Assembly: GCA_015680685.1 (NCBI GenBank)
Contig: MNCI01002612.1
Location: forward strand, 69,051-133,050
Reading direction: 5' to 3'
Source of the DNA: Gnetum montanum
Taxonomy: Eukaryota > Plantae > Gnetophyta
Length of the DNA stretch: 64,000 nucleotides
How positions within the stretch are numbered: the stretch's first letter is position 1; each line of letters opens with the position of its first letter. Both the position numbers and the translations under genes were made by a program. Below the pieces are notes generated by a model, which saw only the letters and a list, made by a program, of their open reading frames with translations, was not told the origin of the DNA and ran no database searches. This document shows positions 1-10,831 of the stretch, in pieces.

Positions 1-199
1 TATACATCCCCACCTGATCATGGAAATGCTCCTTTAGCTTCTCGTGTCGTTTAGCCTCATTCTGCCACATGCTTATCTCAATTGTTAACCTTTGGTGAAT
101 AGCACGTACCTCCTCCATTGAGAGGGTTCGATTCTCTCTGGCTAAACAGCTTACATCTCAGTTGACCTAAATGAATTATTCTTGTAGCTGATGAAAGTG

Positions 200-2102
200 T
201 TCATCAAGAATGTTCTTTTGCTTCTCTACAGACATCAACCAAAGGTTATCTGCAACCAACTGCTTATTCTCTTCTTCTAAGGCCTTGAGTGCCTTAAGAT
301 GTGCATGGGTTTGCGCATGTGATGTGGAGGCATCTCAAATAGCCATCTCCTTTTCTTGTACCACCTTCTTATTCTCTACTATTAATTTTATTATTTGCTC
401 AGTTTTAAAATTTTCTAGTTAGTCTGCGGGAACAAATTGTAGAGGATCCCACTGTGCTTCTTGTAAGGCTGTGAGCTGCTCTTGTAATTTCTGCACTTCC
501 GCTTCAGCATGCTCAGCCCTCACTTCGGATATGACCAGCTTTCCCTTTGTGGAAATGAGGTCTGAATGAATTGTTGTTACATCTTGGGGGATGTTAAATA
601 GAGACGTCAAAACTTGTCCTATTTGAAGAAATCTGTCCAGTGCATCCTCATGTTTTGCTGGAGTCATTGAGGTTTCGAAAAAATTTTGAGCATCCTATGC
701 TCCTGTAAGATCTACCGGTGGCACAACAGGTACATTGAAAGATTCCTTGATGTGATCTGCGACCGCATCTACAGCTCCCACAACATTCTGGAGTTACATG
801 ATCACCACAGTGGCCCCTTCACCAGTCTCTACCTGCACTTGAAAAGATGCCACATTTTTTGAGATCTGTTGTGACCATCTACTTTCCCCTCCTCTATTTG
901 AATTGATAATTCACCCCTTGTGCGATCTACTAAAACTGTAGGCTGATTAGCATCGTCGATGATGCAGAAGAGGTTTGTGTCATCACGACTTTCCCAACTG
1001 ACCATCTCAGCGATGGCCCTCAGATGGCTCATCGACGATCTATAGTCTTGCGGCAGTGGCGGCTGATCTTGACCTGTGCCAGGTCCTACCTCCTATTGTT
1101 GGCTAGGACCTATGGTGAAGGTTGACTAGTTCCAACCACATGTTCTTCTTCTTGCTCTTCTTGTTCTGGTCTCAACTCTTCGCCAGTGGTTTTTCTTAGA
1201 GCTGGCACCTTTAGCAATTCAACGTATGAAGCATTTTGAGCTTTTCGGAGGACATCATTAGTGTACCCCCGAATACTAGCCTGTTGGCACAGTTTTCTGA
1301 TAAGACAAGGGAAAGGCATCACCATCTTCCCTATCTTTCGTTCTTCAAATCGCCTTAGGATCTTCGTCAAATATAGATGGGGTAGGTTAGCGTTAACCTT
1401 TCCCATCAACACTGCACATCCTCTAGCTGCATACATGGATATTCTTTTCAAGCTTCTTATGGGGAAGAGGTGATATGTTCCAATTTTGAAATAAACTCTC
1501 TCTTCCGTCGTCAATTCACCAAATGCTTTGTCTCTGCCATAAGCCTTCTCTAACCAATCCTTTTGCACATCAGGGTCTGAACGGGTAGATAACCAAGCAA
1601 CCTGGGGCCCTGAGTTTGGAAGGTTTAACACTTTCAAAATTGCCTATGTAGAGAAGTCAACTGTCACACCACAAATGTTAACAATGGTGCCTTGATCCCT
1701 ATTGTGTCAGAACTGGTACGTTTCTCCTAGGTACTAGGGACTGCTCTCATAGAGGATAGGTCAAAAGGGGGACCCTTTGAGGTGATCCCTAATAGCCTCA
1801 GGAGCAAACTCTGTAAATGATTTGAAGTTTAACTCCACAATCACCGCAGCGAATGTGGACTTCTCATGGATAGCCTGAACACATTTCGAGGGCAACGTGA
1901 ATTGTTGTCCTGGTTCAGATGCAGCAGCAGCTCCTCCTTCTACCTGCCCAGACCGTCTGGTAGAAGGTTCTTCTTGATGGATGTTGAATGATTGCACCTC
2001 CTATTCTATATGTTGTCCGGTAGGGCCTTGTCTTCCACCTCTCTGAGATCGTTTCATTCCACCTTGAACAAGACCCTCTTGTTGTGCATGTTTCAGGGCC
2101 AT
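200..2102 (-). pseudogene. Degenerate Athila-type extra ORF (Transposase_32 / putative plant transposon protein-like, coiled-coil C-terminus)
   Basis: ATG at 2102 is in frame with ORF pieces 1761-1997 and 1110-1637. Motifs VNICGVTVDFST*AILKVLNLP and MPFPCLIRKLC; heptad-rich tail at 419-667; several in-frame stops. Confidence 0.65.
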
Positions 2103-2103
2103 T

Positions 2104-2169
2104 CTGCAGTCACACAGATCAAGTGTTAGTAGGGTTGTTTTTAAAGTCAAGTTATACCTTACTACTTAC
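2104..2169 (-). other. Predicted 66-nt intron just upstream of the extra-ORF start codon
   Basis: Minus strand reads AAG|GTAAGT ... CTAAC (branch point, 2129-2125) ... CTGCAG|AATGGCC. Confidence 0.6.
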
Positions 2170-2572
2170 CTTAATTAAAGATCTTATGTTATAACATGTG
2201 ATCGTGCCCAAAAGTTTATAATAATGAGTCCTGCGACTTAGGTGATTTTCATTTTAATCTCCCGGTATACCTAAGGATTAAATGATTTTTAGGCACAATT
2301 ATTCTAAGTGTTAAAGTTAATTACCCTAACTGATGTCCTTTGGGCAATGATAATTTTCAAAAAATTTAGGCACTTTTTAGAAAGTGTCTCTCCCCCATGA
2401 CTAAACTAAACACTCCGGGTTCAAGCAGGTTCAAACGGAATTAAAATCAGAGTACCATGAGTGAGATATGAGTGAAAAAGCAAGGGTCACACAATCGCAA
2501 GTTGTAAGGAAAAATTTCAAAAACTCCCCCTGCGTGAATGAAAAAATGATGCTAAGTGTTGTGGAAGGGGTA

Positions 2573-2665
2573 CCTATTTATAGAAAAATAGGACGCGATA
2601 TCGCGTACGAGACATCACATACGCGATATCCCGTGGGACGCGATATCGCGTACATGATATCTCAT
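2573..2665 (-). promoter_or_regulatory. Putative internal promoter: TATAAATAGG plus upstream GCGATATCGC palindrome cluster
   Basis: TATAAATAGG on the minus strand at 2582-2573, with 3-4 (C)GCGATATC(GCG) copies at 2591-2665. The LTR has the same layout at 6678-6820. Confidence 0.55.
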
Positions 2666-3844
2666 CCCTAGTGATGTGGGACACCAAGGAAATACCAAAT
2701 TTTTAAAGAATTTTCTTGAAATTAATGTTGGAAATTGAGGACATTGTCAAGTATTAAGATGTCCTAGGGTAATTTCATTGATTCGAGAGGCACCATGAAT
2801 GATAATGATGTGAACTTTAGCCCTAAAAATATGGCGGTTAAGAAAAAGGAAATGTAATGATACATTGGAACGTTAAAATTTAGAGGGATAATAGTAGGGA
2901 AAGAAAATCAATTGAAAAAATTAAGCTAAGGGTAAGAAATTGTGTGTTTGAGCTATGGCCTAAGTGAAGATTACAAAAGATTACACAAGTGGGTCCTCCC
3001 CAAAGTAGTTTTCAACCTATAATGCCCTTGTGTAACCACACTTAAAGTGTCCGTGGGCACTAGAAGGGTTAAATGTAATCCGCACTAACTCCACAAAACA
3101 CACACATGTAANTCATCCCATTATGAGCAACTATGAGAGTACCATAACAACAAGGCATACGATCACTTAGCATATTATGCAAGGGAGGAGTGATTTTTGT
3201 TTTATGACATTTTTTTTTCTTTTTCTTTCATTTTTTTCTTTTGTTTTTGAAATACTGAAACTAGAGAAGCTGCCAACCTTCAGGCATGGGTGCATGTCTT
3301 TCCAGTGGGACCCCCTAGAATAGCATTTGATTTTTGAGTGCCCTTTTGATTACTCTTACTCCCATTTTTCATTGGATCTACAAGGATCTTAGTACGACCA
3401 CATTACATTATAACACCCACAGTCATAACCAAAGAGAATCCACAAGTTCCCTTGATGTCATACCCTAATCATTCCCTCTTGGTCCATCCTTCTTCATTCT
3501 GGGTACAATGAACACAAAATTAATTTTAAGTTTTTAAAAATGTCAAGAATATCACTGTACCCCTGAACAAACCCTCTTATTTGTAGAGTGGATGAGTGGG
3601 TGTAATGGGCTCACTGTTCCAACTAATTGATCACTCATGACTTAATAACATAGAACACACCTCAACCAACGATCCACATGAGTGTTTTATTTTTCAACGA
3701 GATTACTTATAAAAAATATAAAAAGACAAAAAAACACAAAAAAATAAAAAGATAAAACAAAAAGTTGAAAAAATGAAAAACCGAAAAACAAAAAGTTGTA
3801 AAATTAAAGAAAATTGAAAAATATTTATTAATCTTACTTGTTAT

Positions 3845-5827
3845 TTAGAATGGGAGATATCCCCCATAACTAATCAGATGAGTATGACAAGGATTAATAA
3901 ATGGAAGATAAGGATCCTTGCATGTTGGAAATATTAGGGCCCAATCATACTTATCCCCTTGGGGTTCACACACTTGGTTATGGTAAGCATAGTGGGGCAC
4001 TTTATGCGATGTAGTTCCCAGATAACGAGTTGATCCACTATGATGTTTGGGACCGTTAGATGGTATGCAAGGATTGAGCTGATGCCTCCCATGGTTGTGT
4101 TCATTGGGCCGTATGGTTGTTAGAGCGTTAGTTGGTGGCCTTGATGAAGTTACATGAGGCGTTGGGTTTGAAGGTAAGGATGCACCATAGTGTGGGACTT
4201 GTGCTGGGTTGGAAGATGCAGTGGCCTCAGAATTGTGTTGTCCCTTCTTACGGTCGTGTTTAAAGAAAGGATGCTTTTGATGTTGAGGAGGGTTTTCACT
4301 GCTATTAGTAGCAGTAGCACAAGTGTTGTTTGTGGGTTGTGGCTGTGGCACAAACACCTTAGGAACAGTTGGTGGCACTGTGGAAGGAGGGAAAGGATGA
4401 GAATGTTGAAAGTTAGGAGGAATGTAAGGTGCACAAGGTGGTGGTTGTGTTGGAGGCATGGGTTGATAGTATTGTAGGGAATGGTACTGTGGTGAGATAA
4501 AGTATGTTGGCCCAATTGGAGAAACAGGGTGTTGAACGTGATAAGCATTTGGATTCAGATGGTATGAAGGATGCCTCTAGTCTAATGGTGGTCTCCCCCA
4601 TGACTGGGATTGTTGCCACTGTGACTGAACATAGTATCTCTGTACAAACTCTGGATGTAATGTGTTTCCCTAAGGCTCATGTAAATGTAACAATATTGGG
4701 CATTGACCCTTGGGGTAATCGTACAGGCATATGTTACATTCATACATATGATTCACAGTTGAGCACTTATTCCCTTCATTCTTTTTCTCCAAATGTCTAC
4801 TATTTCGTCCCGCTTCTTGGGTTGTCAAAACTCTATCTCCAATGATGTTGATATATTCTCCACACTTTTGATACATCCATTCCAACATCTTATTGATCTT
4901 TGCCTTGGCTTCTTCTAACGATTGTTGTATTGGAAAAGATGATGTTTCCACCTTGAGATTGGTTGATTTCTCCTTTGTATGATCATGGACCTTTGTTGAG
5001 TTAATATTTTGGTCCTGTTGATGTTTTTCAACACTCTCCCATTTAGCTAATTCTCCTTCTTCTTTTTCTACCCACTGAATAAGCTCTTGGACTTGATGGG
5101 TTCGTAGTTCGTATAGTTGACCTTGGGCATATATTCCTAAGGTCTCTCTTGTTTCATTACATAGCCCATCAATAATATGGTACATTAGCCTTTCCTTGGA
5201 AAACCCATGGGTTGGACAATTATTTAACAATGCATAATATCTTTCTAAGGCCATGTCCAAGGGTTCATGTTGTGCTTGTTTCCATCCTTGGATTTGTTTC
5301 CTCAAGGCTAACACTCTTGCGTAGGTTTAATATTTTTCATTAAAGACTTCTATCATTGTTGACCAGCGTCGTATTAAATTTGGTTTTAACGATCTATACC
5401 ATACTTTAGCTTGGTCAACGAGTGTCATGGGAAAGAGCTTAAGTTTTTGCCACCAATTATCAATGTTATTCCATGTGTAGGCATCGTAGAAGGCTTGTAA
5501 ATGTTGATACGGATCTAAGTCATAGCCTCCTGAAAATTCTAGAAAGTTTTTTAAATCGAGCCTAGGTAGATGGATCTCTTTACGATGCCTACGTGAGATT
5601 CGAACAGCCTCTTGTATTTGTGTTAAGCTTGTAGTGGCCAATGGAGGTTCATCATCATCTTGTAAGCTATGCTTTCATGCGTTCTGATGATGTTTCTTTC
5701 GTTCATGTTTATAAGAAACTCCCACTTCTGGTTGTATACTCCAATCTTCATCGTCATATAGTTCGTTGGTTCTCCAATGAACTTCCTCACTAAGTGTGGT
5801 GTTATTATCGTCTTGTAGGAGAGGCAT
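3845..5827 (-). pseudogene. gag: Degenerate gag with Pro/His-rich C-terminal extension
   Basis: Retrotransposon gag motifs EFSGGYDLDPYQHLQAF, KLKLFPMTLVDQAKVWYRSL, WKQAQHEPL, CPTHGFS. ATG at 5827 is in frame with ORF 5327-5641; in-frame stops present. Confidence 0.85.
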
Positions 5828-5938
5828 TGTTGTGTGTGAATTTATGTGACTTTTTATAATTACTTCTTTCTAAGAGATATATCGTTAAGTCCTTTACAAT
5901 GGCCTTGTATGATATAACTAATCTAGATAACTATCACC

Positions 5939-5957
5939 ATCCCCGGCAATGACGCCT
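5939..5957 (-). promoter_or_regulatory. Primer-binding site, tRNA-Asp type
   Basis: Minus strand AGGCGTCATTGCCGGGGAT matches a decayed TGGCGCCGTTGCCGGGGA, directly inside the LTR. Confidence 0.75.
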
Positions 5958-5958
5958 A

Positions 5959-6828
5959 TGATGAGTGGCGAGGTACCCCTACACTCAACCATACGAATAT
6001 GAGCGTTCTCATGCACGATCCAGTCGAACTCCGTAGACAAACTAGTTATGGCACCTAGACAGTTATCCTTAGGTCGCAGTTCATTGTCTTCCCACCTGGA
6101 CTAGTATTATATTTGTCACGTATGGTTTAGTCTAGAGTGAGGTGTATGATGTGATCCTAATCTAACGCTACTTCTGAAGGCAATGGAAAGTAATATTATC
6201 TAAGCTAAGAGAGAAAGGGTAAGAGAATCTAAACTAGCCTAAGTGCGATGAGCATCCGTTCCTTGATTATCCGTACACATCTTGGACTTCGTGCATGACT
6301 ACCACTGGGATTACCAAGCGCAGATCCTAGGTACGCCACTGGGTTACCAAGTAGTCACACTTAAATGTTTGTAATCAAGTCGTACTCATTCCGTGTTCTA
6401 AGAGATAAGGGTGAGAGAGACTAATTAGGAAAGCAGTAAATAACAATTAAATAAATAAATAAATAACAAAGTGAATGCTACAATGATGAAGTAATCTCGA
6501 TCTTTATTACCGGTCATGTATGTGTCCAAGTACGTGACACTCGAATAAAGGATGTCGTACAATTACATTCATCACACTATGGGCAGAGACGGGAAAAATA
6601 ATCTATCTCTGGAGGGATCAAACTGTCAGAGCTTCACTACTTCTATTCTATGTTATTGAACAAGGGAGAGCCACTTCTTATGTATAGACATTGCGGCGGA
6701 TTGCGATATCACGATATCGCAAGGGAAGATGTGATATCGTGTATGCGATATCGCAGGGGATGTGATATCGCGACGGACGCGATATCGTGTACACGATATC
6801 GCGGCCCATGCTATATCGTGTCCCATCA
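5959..6828 (-). repeat. 5' LTR (~870 bp)
   Basis: Termini TGATGAG...CCCATCA. The first ~48 bp are near-identical to 43204-43251; homologous to 47192-47860 and, inverted, to 55790-56668. Confidence 0.85.
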
Positions 6829-7630
6829 ACAATAAAAAGGAGGCCTTGTACAATGTTAATGCTATCCAATTTCTTCCAAAGTTTATCTTAAGCAACAAAA
6901 TGATAAGCCTTGGAAAAATCAACAAAATAGATAAAAGTCTTACGGTTGGGGCTTTTTCCTTTCTCCACACAATAATCTAAAGTTATCATATAGTCTAAAG
7001 TAGAATGATTTCTCCTTAAGCTTACTTATGACTGAGCACAAAGACCTTGCATTTCTTCCCATGAACTAATTTTATTCCTCAAAATAGTGTTCAAAAGCTT
7101 AGGGGAAAAATTTATTGCAATTAATAGATAATTAGTAAGATATGTCCTATTTCCCTTTTTAAAATGCAAGACTGATCAACTAGAATACCAATAGTGATCC
7201 TAACCATACCAAAGCCCTTTATTAAAAATATTGCAAGATGTTTTCCATGCTAATGAACCATCCCATTTAAGAAGCTTTGCATATAATTCATCAACATTAG
7301 CACCTTTCCTAGATGATAAGCTTTAAATTCTTGTAGAAATGTCATCAAGCAATAACTCAAAAACATTAGAGTTATCTTGCATAGTAGGGGGAACCTATTG
7401 ATTAAAAAGGTTATTGAAGAAAGTCTAAATAGTAGACGAGGAAAAATCTAAACCATTTTATTATCCGTCTTGGAATAAATTCCAAAAGCTTTTTGGATTA
7501 GATTTGAGCTCATTGATCATTCTTTCTTTCTTCTCTTTAGGAACTTCATTTTTAAAAATCGAATAAGCTTTGTGTAATTCTTCAACATGAAGCTCAAACA
7601 TCTTTATGAGCTATCAAACAATCCCTATTA
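6829..7630 (-). mobile_element. Degenerate non-LTR retrotransposon (LINE) RT fragment, interrupted by the Athila-like LTR
   Basis: Minus-strand translation KSNPKSFW...FKKGNRTYLTNY...RRNHSTLDYMITL...FIYFVDFSKAYHFVA*DKLWKKL matches early LINE RT motifs. Confidence 0.7.
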
Positions 7631-7649
7631 AACCAAGGTTTCCTACAAG

Positions 7650-8260
7650 TAGGCTAATGAATAATAAATCTATCAACTACGTTGATGCATATGTGTCAAT
7701 GTATATGCATCAACGTACCTTGAGATGTGTGAATGCATCAATGTTGATATAGTCATCAAATTTACTTATATAAAGGCATGAACCCACCACACTCACAACA
7801 TCATTTGGTCATTCTAGTAGCTCGACTCTTGTTGTTTGATTTTTCCTTTGAATGCCTATACTGTAGATTGAATGAATTGTATGGAGTTCTATTTAAGTGC
7901 ATGATGTGCCTAGACACATTTGCATGGTGGCAATAAAATCGAGATTTTCTCCATCCATTGTAGTACTTGGATTAGCATTTTAATTTACTTCCTTACAATT
8001 TACCTAACTCTTTGTTTACTTTTCATCTAAATAGTTAAGTATTTTATTTTTTTACCCTAAATTAAATATATGCAAGTATGCTATATTTTGAGCATGAATG
8101 TATTAATGCTCGATAATCTCAGTAGTAAATTACTTGGTATGCCCAATAGTAAAACACATTGTAACCTAATAGCATTAGTACATGTTTAGGATGTGTATCG
8201 TAAATCAAGAACAAGTACTTTAGGCTAGATTATATTTTGTATACTTTTATTTTAGTTTTA
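7650..8260 (+). repeat. Truncated Athila-family LTR fragment
   Basis: 7870-7980 resembles 56040-56150 and the reverse complement of 6480-6560; TATATAAA near 7767. Ends are approximate. Confidence 0.55.
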
Positions 8261-8989
8261 AATTTTATAAGTTCCCATCCAATTTCCTCATCCAAACAAA
8301 GATTCCAAAACCCATGCACCTCGTAACTTACTCCTAGGACATCCAATCAAAATATCAATCAAACTAATGGACGTTGTATCATGTTTACAACGTATCCAAA
8401 AAATCCTACATGCATAATGAAGCATGTCAACTAGTTCTATAGCTCCAACATGCATAACATTATAATCATAATGATGAGAATAACATTACAAAATATGCAT
8501 AAGATGACCTACCAAACAACACTAACTCTCCAATGTGTATAACAACATGAACATAAATGCATAGCATAATATCACATAATTTGAGATCGTACATGGCAAT
8601 GCTCAGTCTTCCCCAACAACCCCCATACCCTACTAGCCACAAACACCATATTGTACATCTAACAAGACTAGTATGCATAATCATAATCATGGGACTTTAA
8701 GATCTCAAAAGATATATCATTAAATTATTATAACTAGCTAGATGTCCCCATGGTTCCAATTGTAGCTAACCGCACACATAACAAACATAATGCAATATTG
8801 TTGGGCCCTACAGTGAGGGGTTATACTTTTCCATAGTTCTTTTGATGATAACAAGATTGAAACTTGTGGTCCAAGTAATGTGGCTAAAACATTTATGCTT
8901 GCCAAAGATAATGATAAATGCAATAAGATAACAAAAGTTACTATATCTATTTCTAAAGACATCTACTGATAAGGTTATTTAAAAGAAAG

Positions 8990-9910
8990 TTCATAGAGAA
9001 AAGGAATATTAGGAAAAAGTATATAGTTGTAAAAGGTTTATCATTTGGCATTTTGTGGAAGTAATGAGAAAATTTATCAAAATAATAATGGTAAATTTTT
9101 AGCATTGATTGACATGATTACCAAGTTTGATCCAATAGTCCATTCAAAAAATTAAATTGGATGAAATTGAGCATCATTATCTTTGGCACAATATTCAAAA
9201 TGAATTAATACAGTTATTGGCATTAGAGGTCAAGAATGTTATTCTTATAAAAATCAAAGCAAAAAATATTTCTATGTTATATTTATTTACCAAGACTATC
9301 TACAAAACTTATCCATGCATTATGGATATTTGAACTTGATATCAATAACATAAAGGCACAAAGGTATGGTAATGGTTCTAATATGAAAGTAAGGAAGCAC
9401 AATGTTCAAAAAAGAATATTGGATATAAATCCTAGACTCCTTATGATTGTTATACTCTTAACTTAGTATTGTGTGGGGGTGTGGGAATCTTAAAATAATT
9501 TTATTATAATTACACCTCAAGATATATAGTCCAATTAGAACTTTATGACTCAAGCATTGCTCACTGAAATCAAACCCATGACTTGGAGCTTTCATATCAA
9601 GAGTCTTACCACTAGTTTAACACCTTATTGTTACCTTAGTATTATGTGATATAACTAGCTTTTGTTGTAAAGTAAAATCATTCTTTGGCATTATTCAATG
9701 TATAATAACTATGTTAGTATTTTCATGTTCAACAAAGTAATGAAAGATTTTCCAAGACAATTTAGTTGCATTAACACTTAAGTCATGATCATTAACTTGA
9801 TGGGAAAGTTGTATTGTGAATGTAAAAGCTATCAAATATTAAGTTTAACAAATAAGAGATCTTCTTCAACTTGCAGATACTTTTAAAGATGCTAAAATAA
9901 AAAGGGAACA
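8990..9910 (+). mobile_element. hAT transposase remnant (DUF4371/ZMYM1-like type)
   Basis: LAFCGSNEKIYQNNNGKFLALIDMITKFDPI...HYLWHNIQNELIQLLA...NGSNMK...VQKRILDINP...LNLVLCD...FFGIIQ, with deletions and stops. Confidence 0.8.
9476..9634 (-). mobile_element. tRNA-derived SINE inserted in the hAT remnant
   Basis: 14-bp TSD CTTAGTATT(G/A)TGTG at 9462-9475 and 9635-9648. Minus-strand A-box-like TAAACTAGTGG and B-box-like GGTTTGATTTC at tRNA-like spacing. The hAT reading (LVLCD) resumes after it. Confidence 0.7.
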
Positions 9911-10831
9911 CTATATGAAAAATAAATCCATAATTAACAAGAAAATAAGTGAATAAGTATAATTTATATTCTTTTAATTACATAGAAATTCTAACATGAC
10001 TTATGACCTTATCATGAAAGAATAGTATGCATAATCTACTAAATGAATATCCCATTACAAAGCTAATCCATCTTCTACTCAAATTTAAAACATTTTAGTT
10101 TGGTATGAACTATTCTAAAAATATTAATAAATTAATACTTTTTTCATATACAATTTTTTATATTTTAACTATTTAAAAATTATTTTGATATAGTGTTGGT
10201 ACAAATTCTATATATTATGACTTTAGAGTTTTTGAAATTTCAAAATTGTTTCTAATTAAAAGTACAACTCTCCATAACACCCTCAACAACATTGATATCT
10301 TATGATGGTTAGTGAAAGTTTAGTTCTTGTAAGTGTTCACTAATGATGCTTTTATTTAACAGATACCTAGGTAAAAAATTAAAAAAAACTTTATAATGTA
10401 ACATAATAACTTCCATGCCTTAGATTCATGTGAAAGGATAAAGATTACACGATGAGTAGATTTGAAAATTAGGAATTTAATTTTTTTATTTCTTATTTAT
10501 TGAGTGTTATGGGTACAAAATGGGGTGCTTCCATAGGCAGGTACCATAGTGCACTTAGAACATATGCACAAGTTGCTATTCATCATTGAAATTTTTAAGC
10601 ATGGTCTAGTTTTCATACAAACTTTTCGAACCTCTAAAAACTAGAAGAAATTTTCAATGAGCAAGCATAAGCAGCAAATTTGAGAGATATAATGTGCACT
10701 TTGAGAGATAAAACTTAAAACATGTTTTAACCAACTGTACTGGTTTAGCCCCCGACCCGACCCGATATACCGTATTTAACTATGGAAGAATCTTAGAATC
10801 CTGATGAGCAAAGTATGTTTGAAAGAAATGG

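Larger units (their letters stand above)
1..6828 (-). mobile_element. Athila-like Ty3/Gypsy non-autonomous element (5' LTR, PBS, gag, extra ORF, no pol); 3' end runs off the window
   Basis: LTR at 5959-6828, tRNA-Asp-type PBS next to it, degenerate gag, then a non-coding tract homologous to 42480-44470, then an extra ORF. No PR/RT/RH/INT motifs seen. Confidence 0.8.

Noticed and set aside
200-2102. Calling the Athila extra ORF a true envelope gene
   Set aside because: No clear signal peptide or transmembrane segment; the motifs fit a Transposase_32-like accessory protein better.
9560-9630. tRNA gene
   Set aside because: A/B boxes are decayed, no convincing cloverleaf is seen, and the TSD indicates a SINE.
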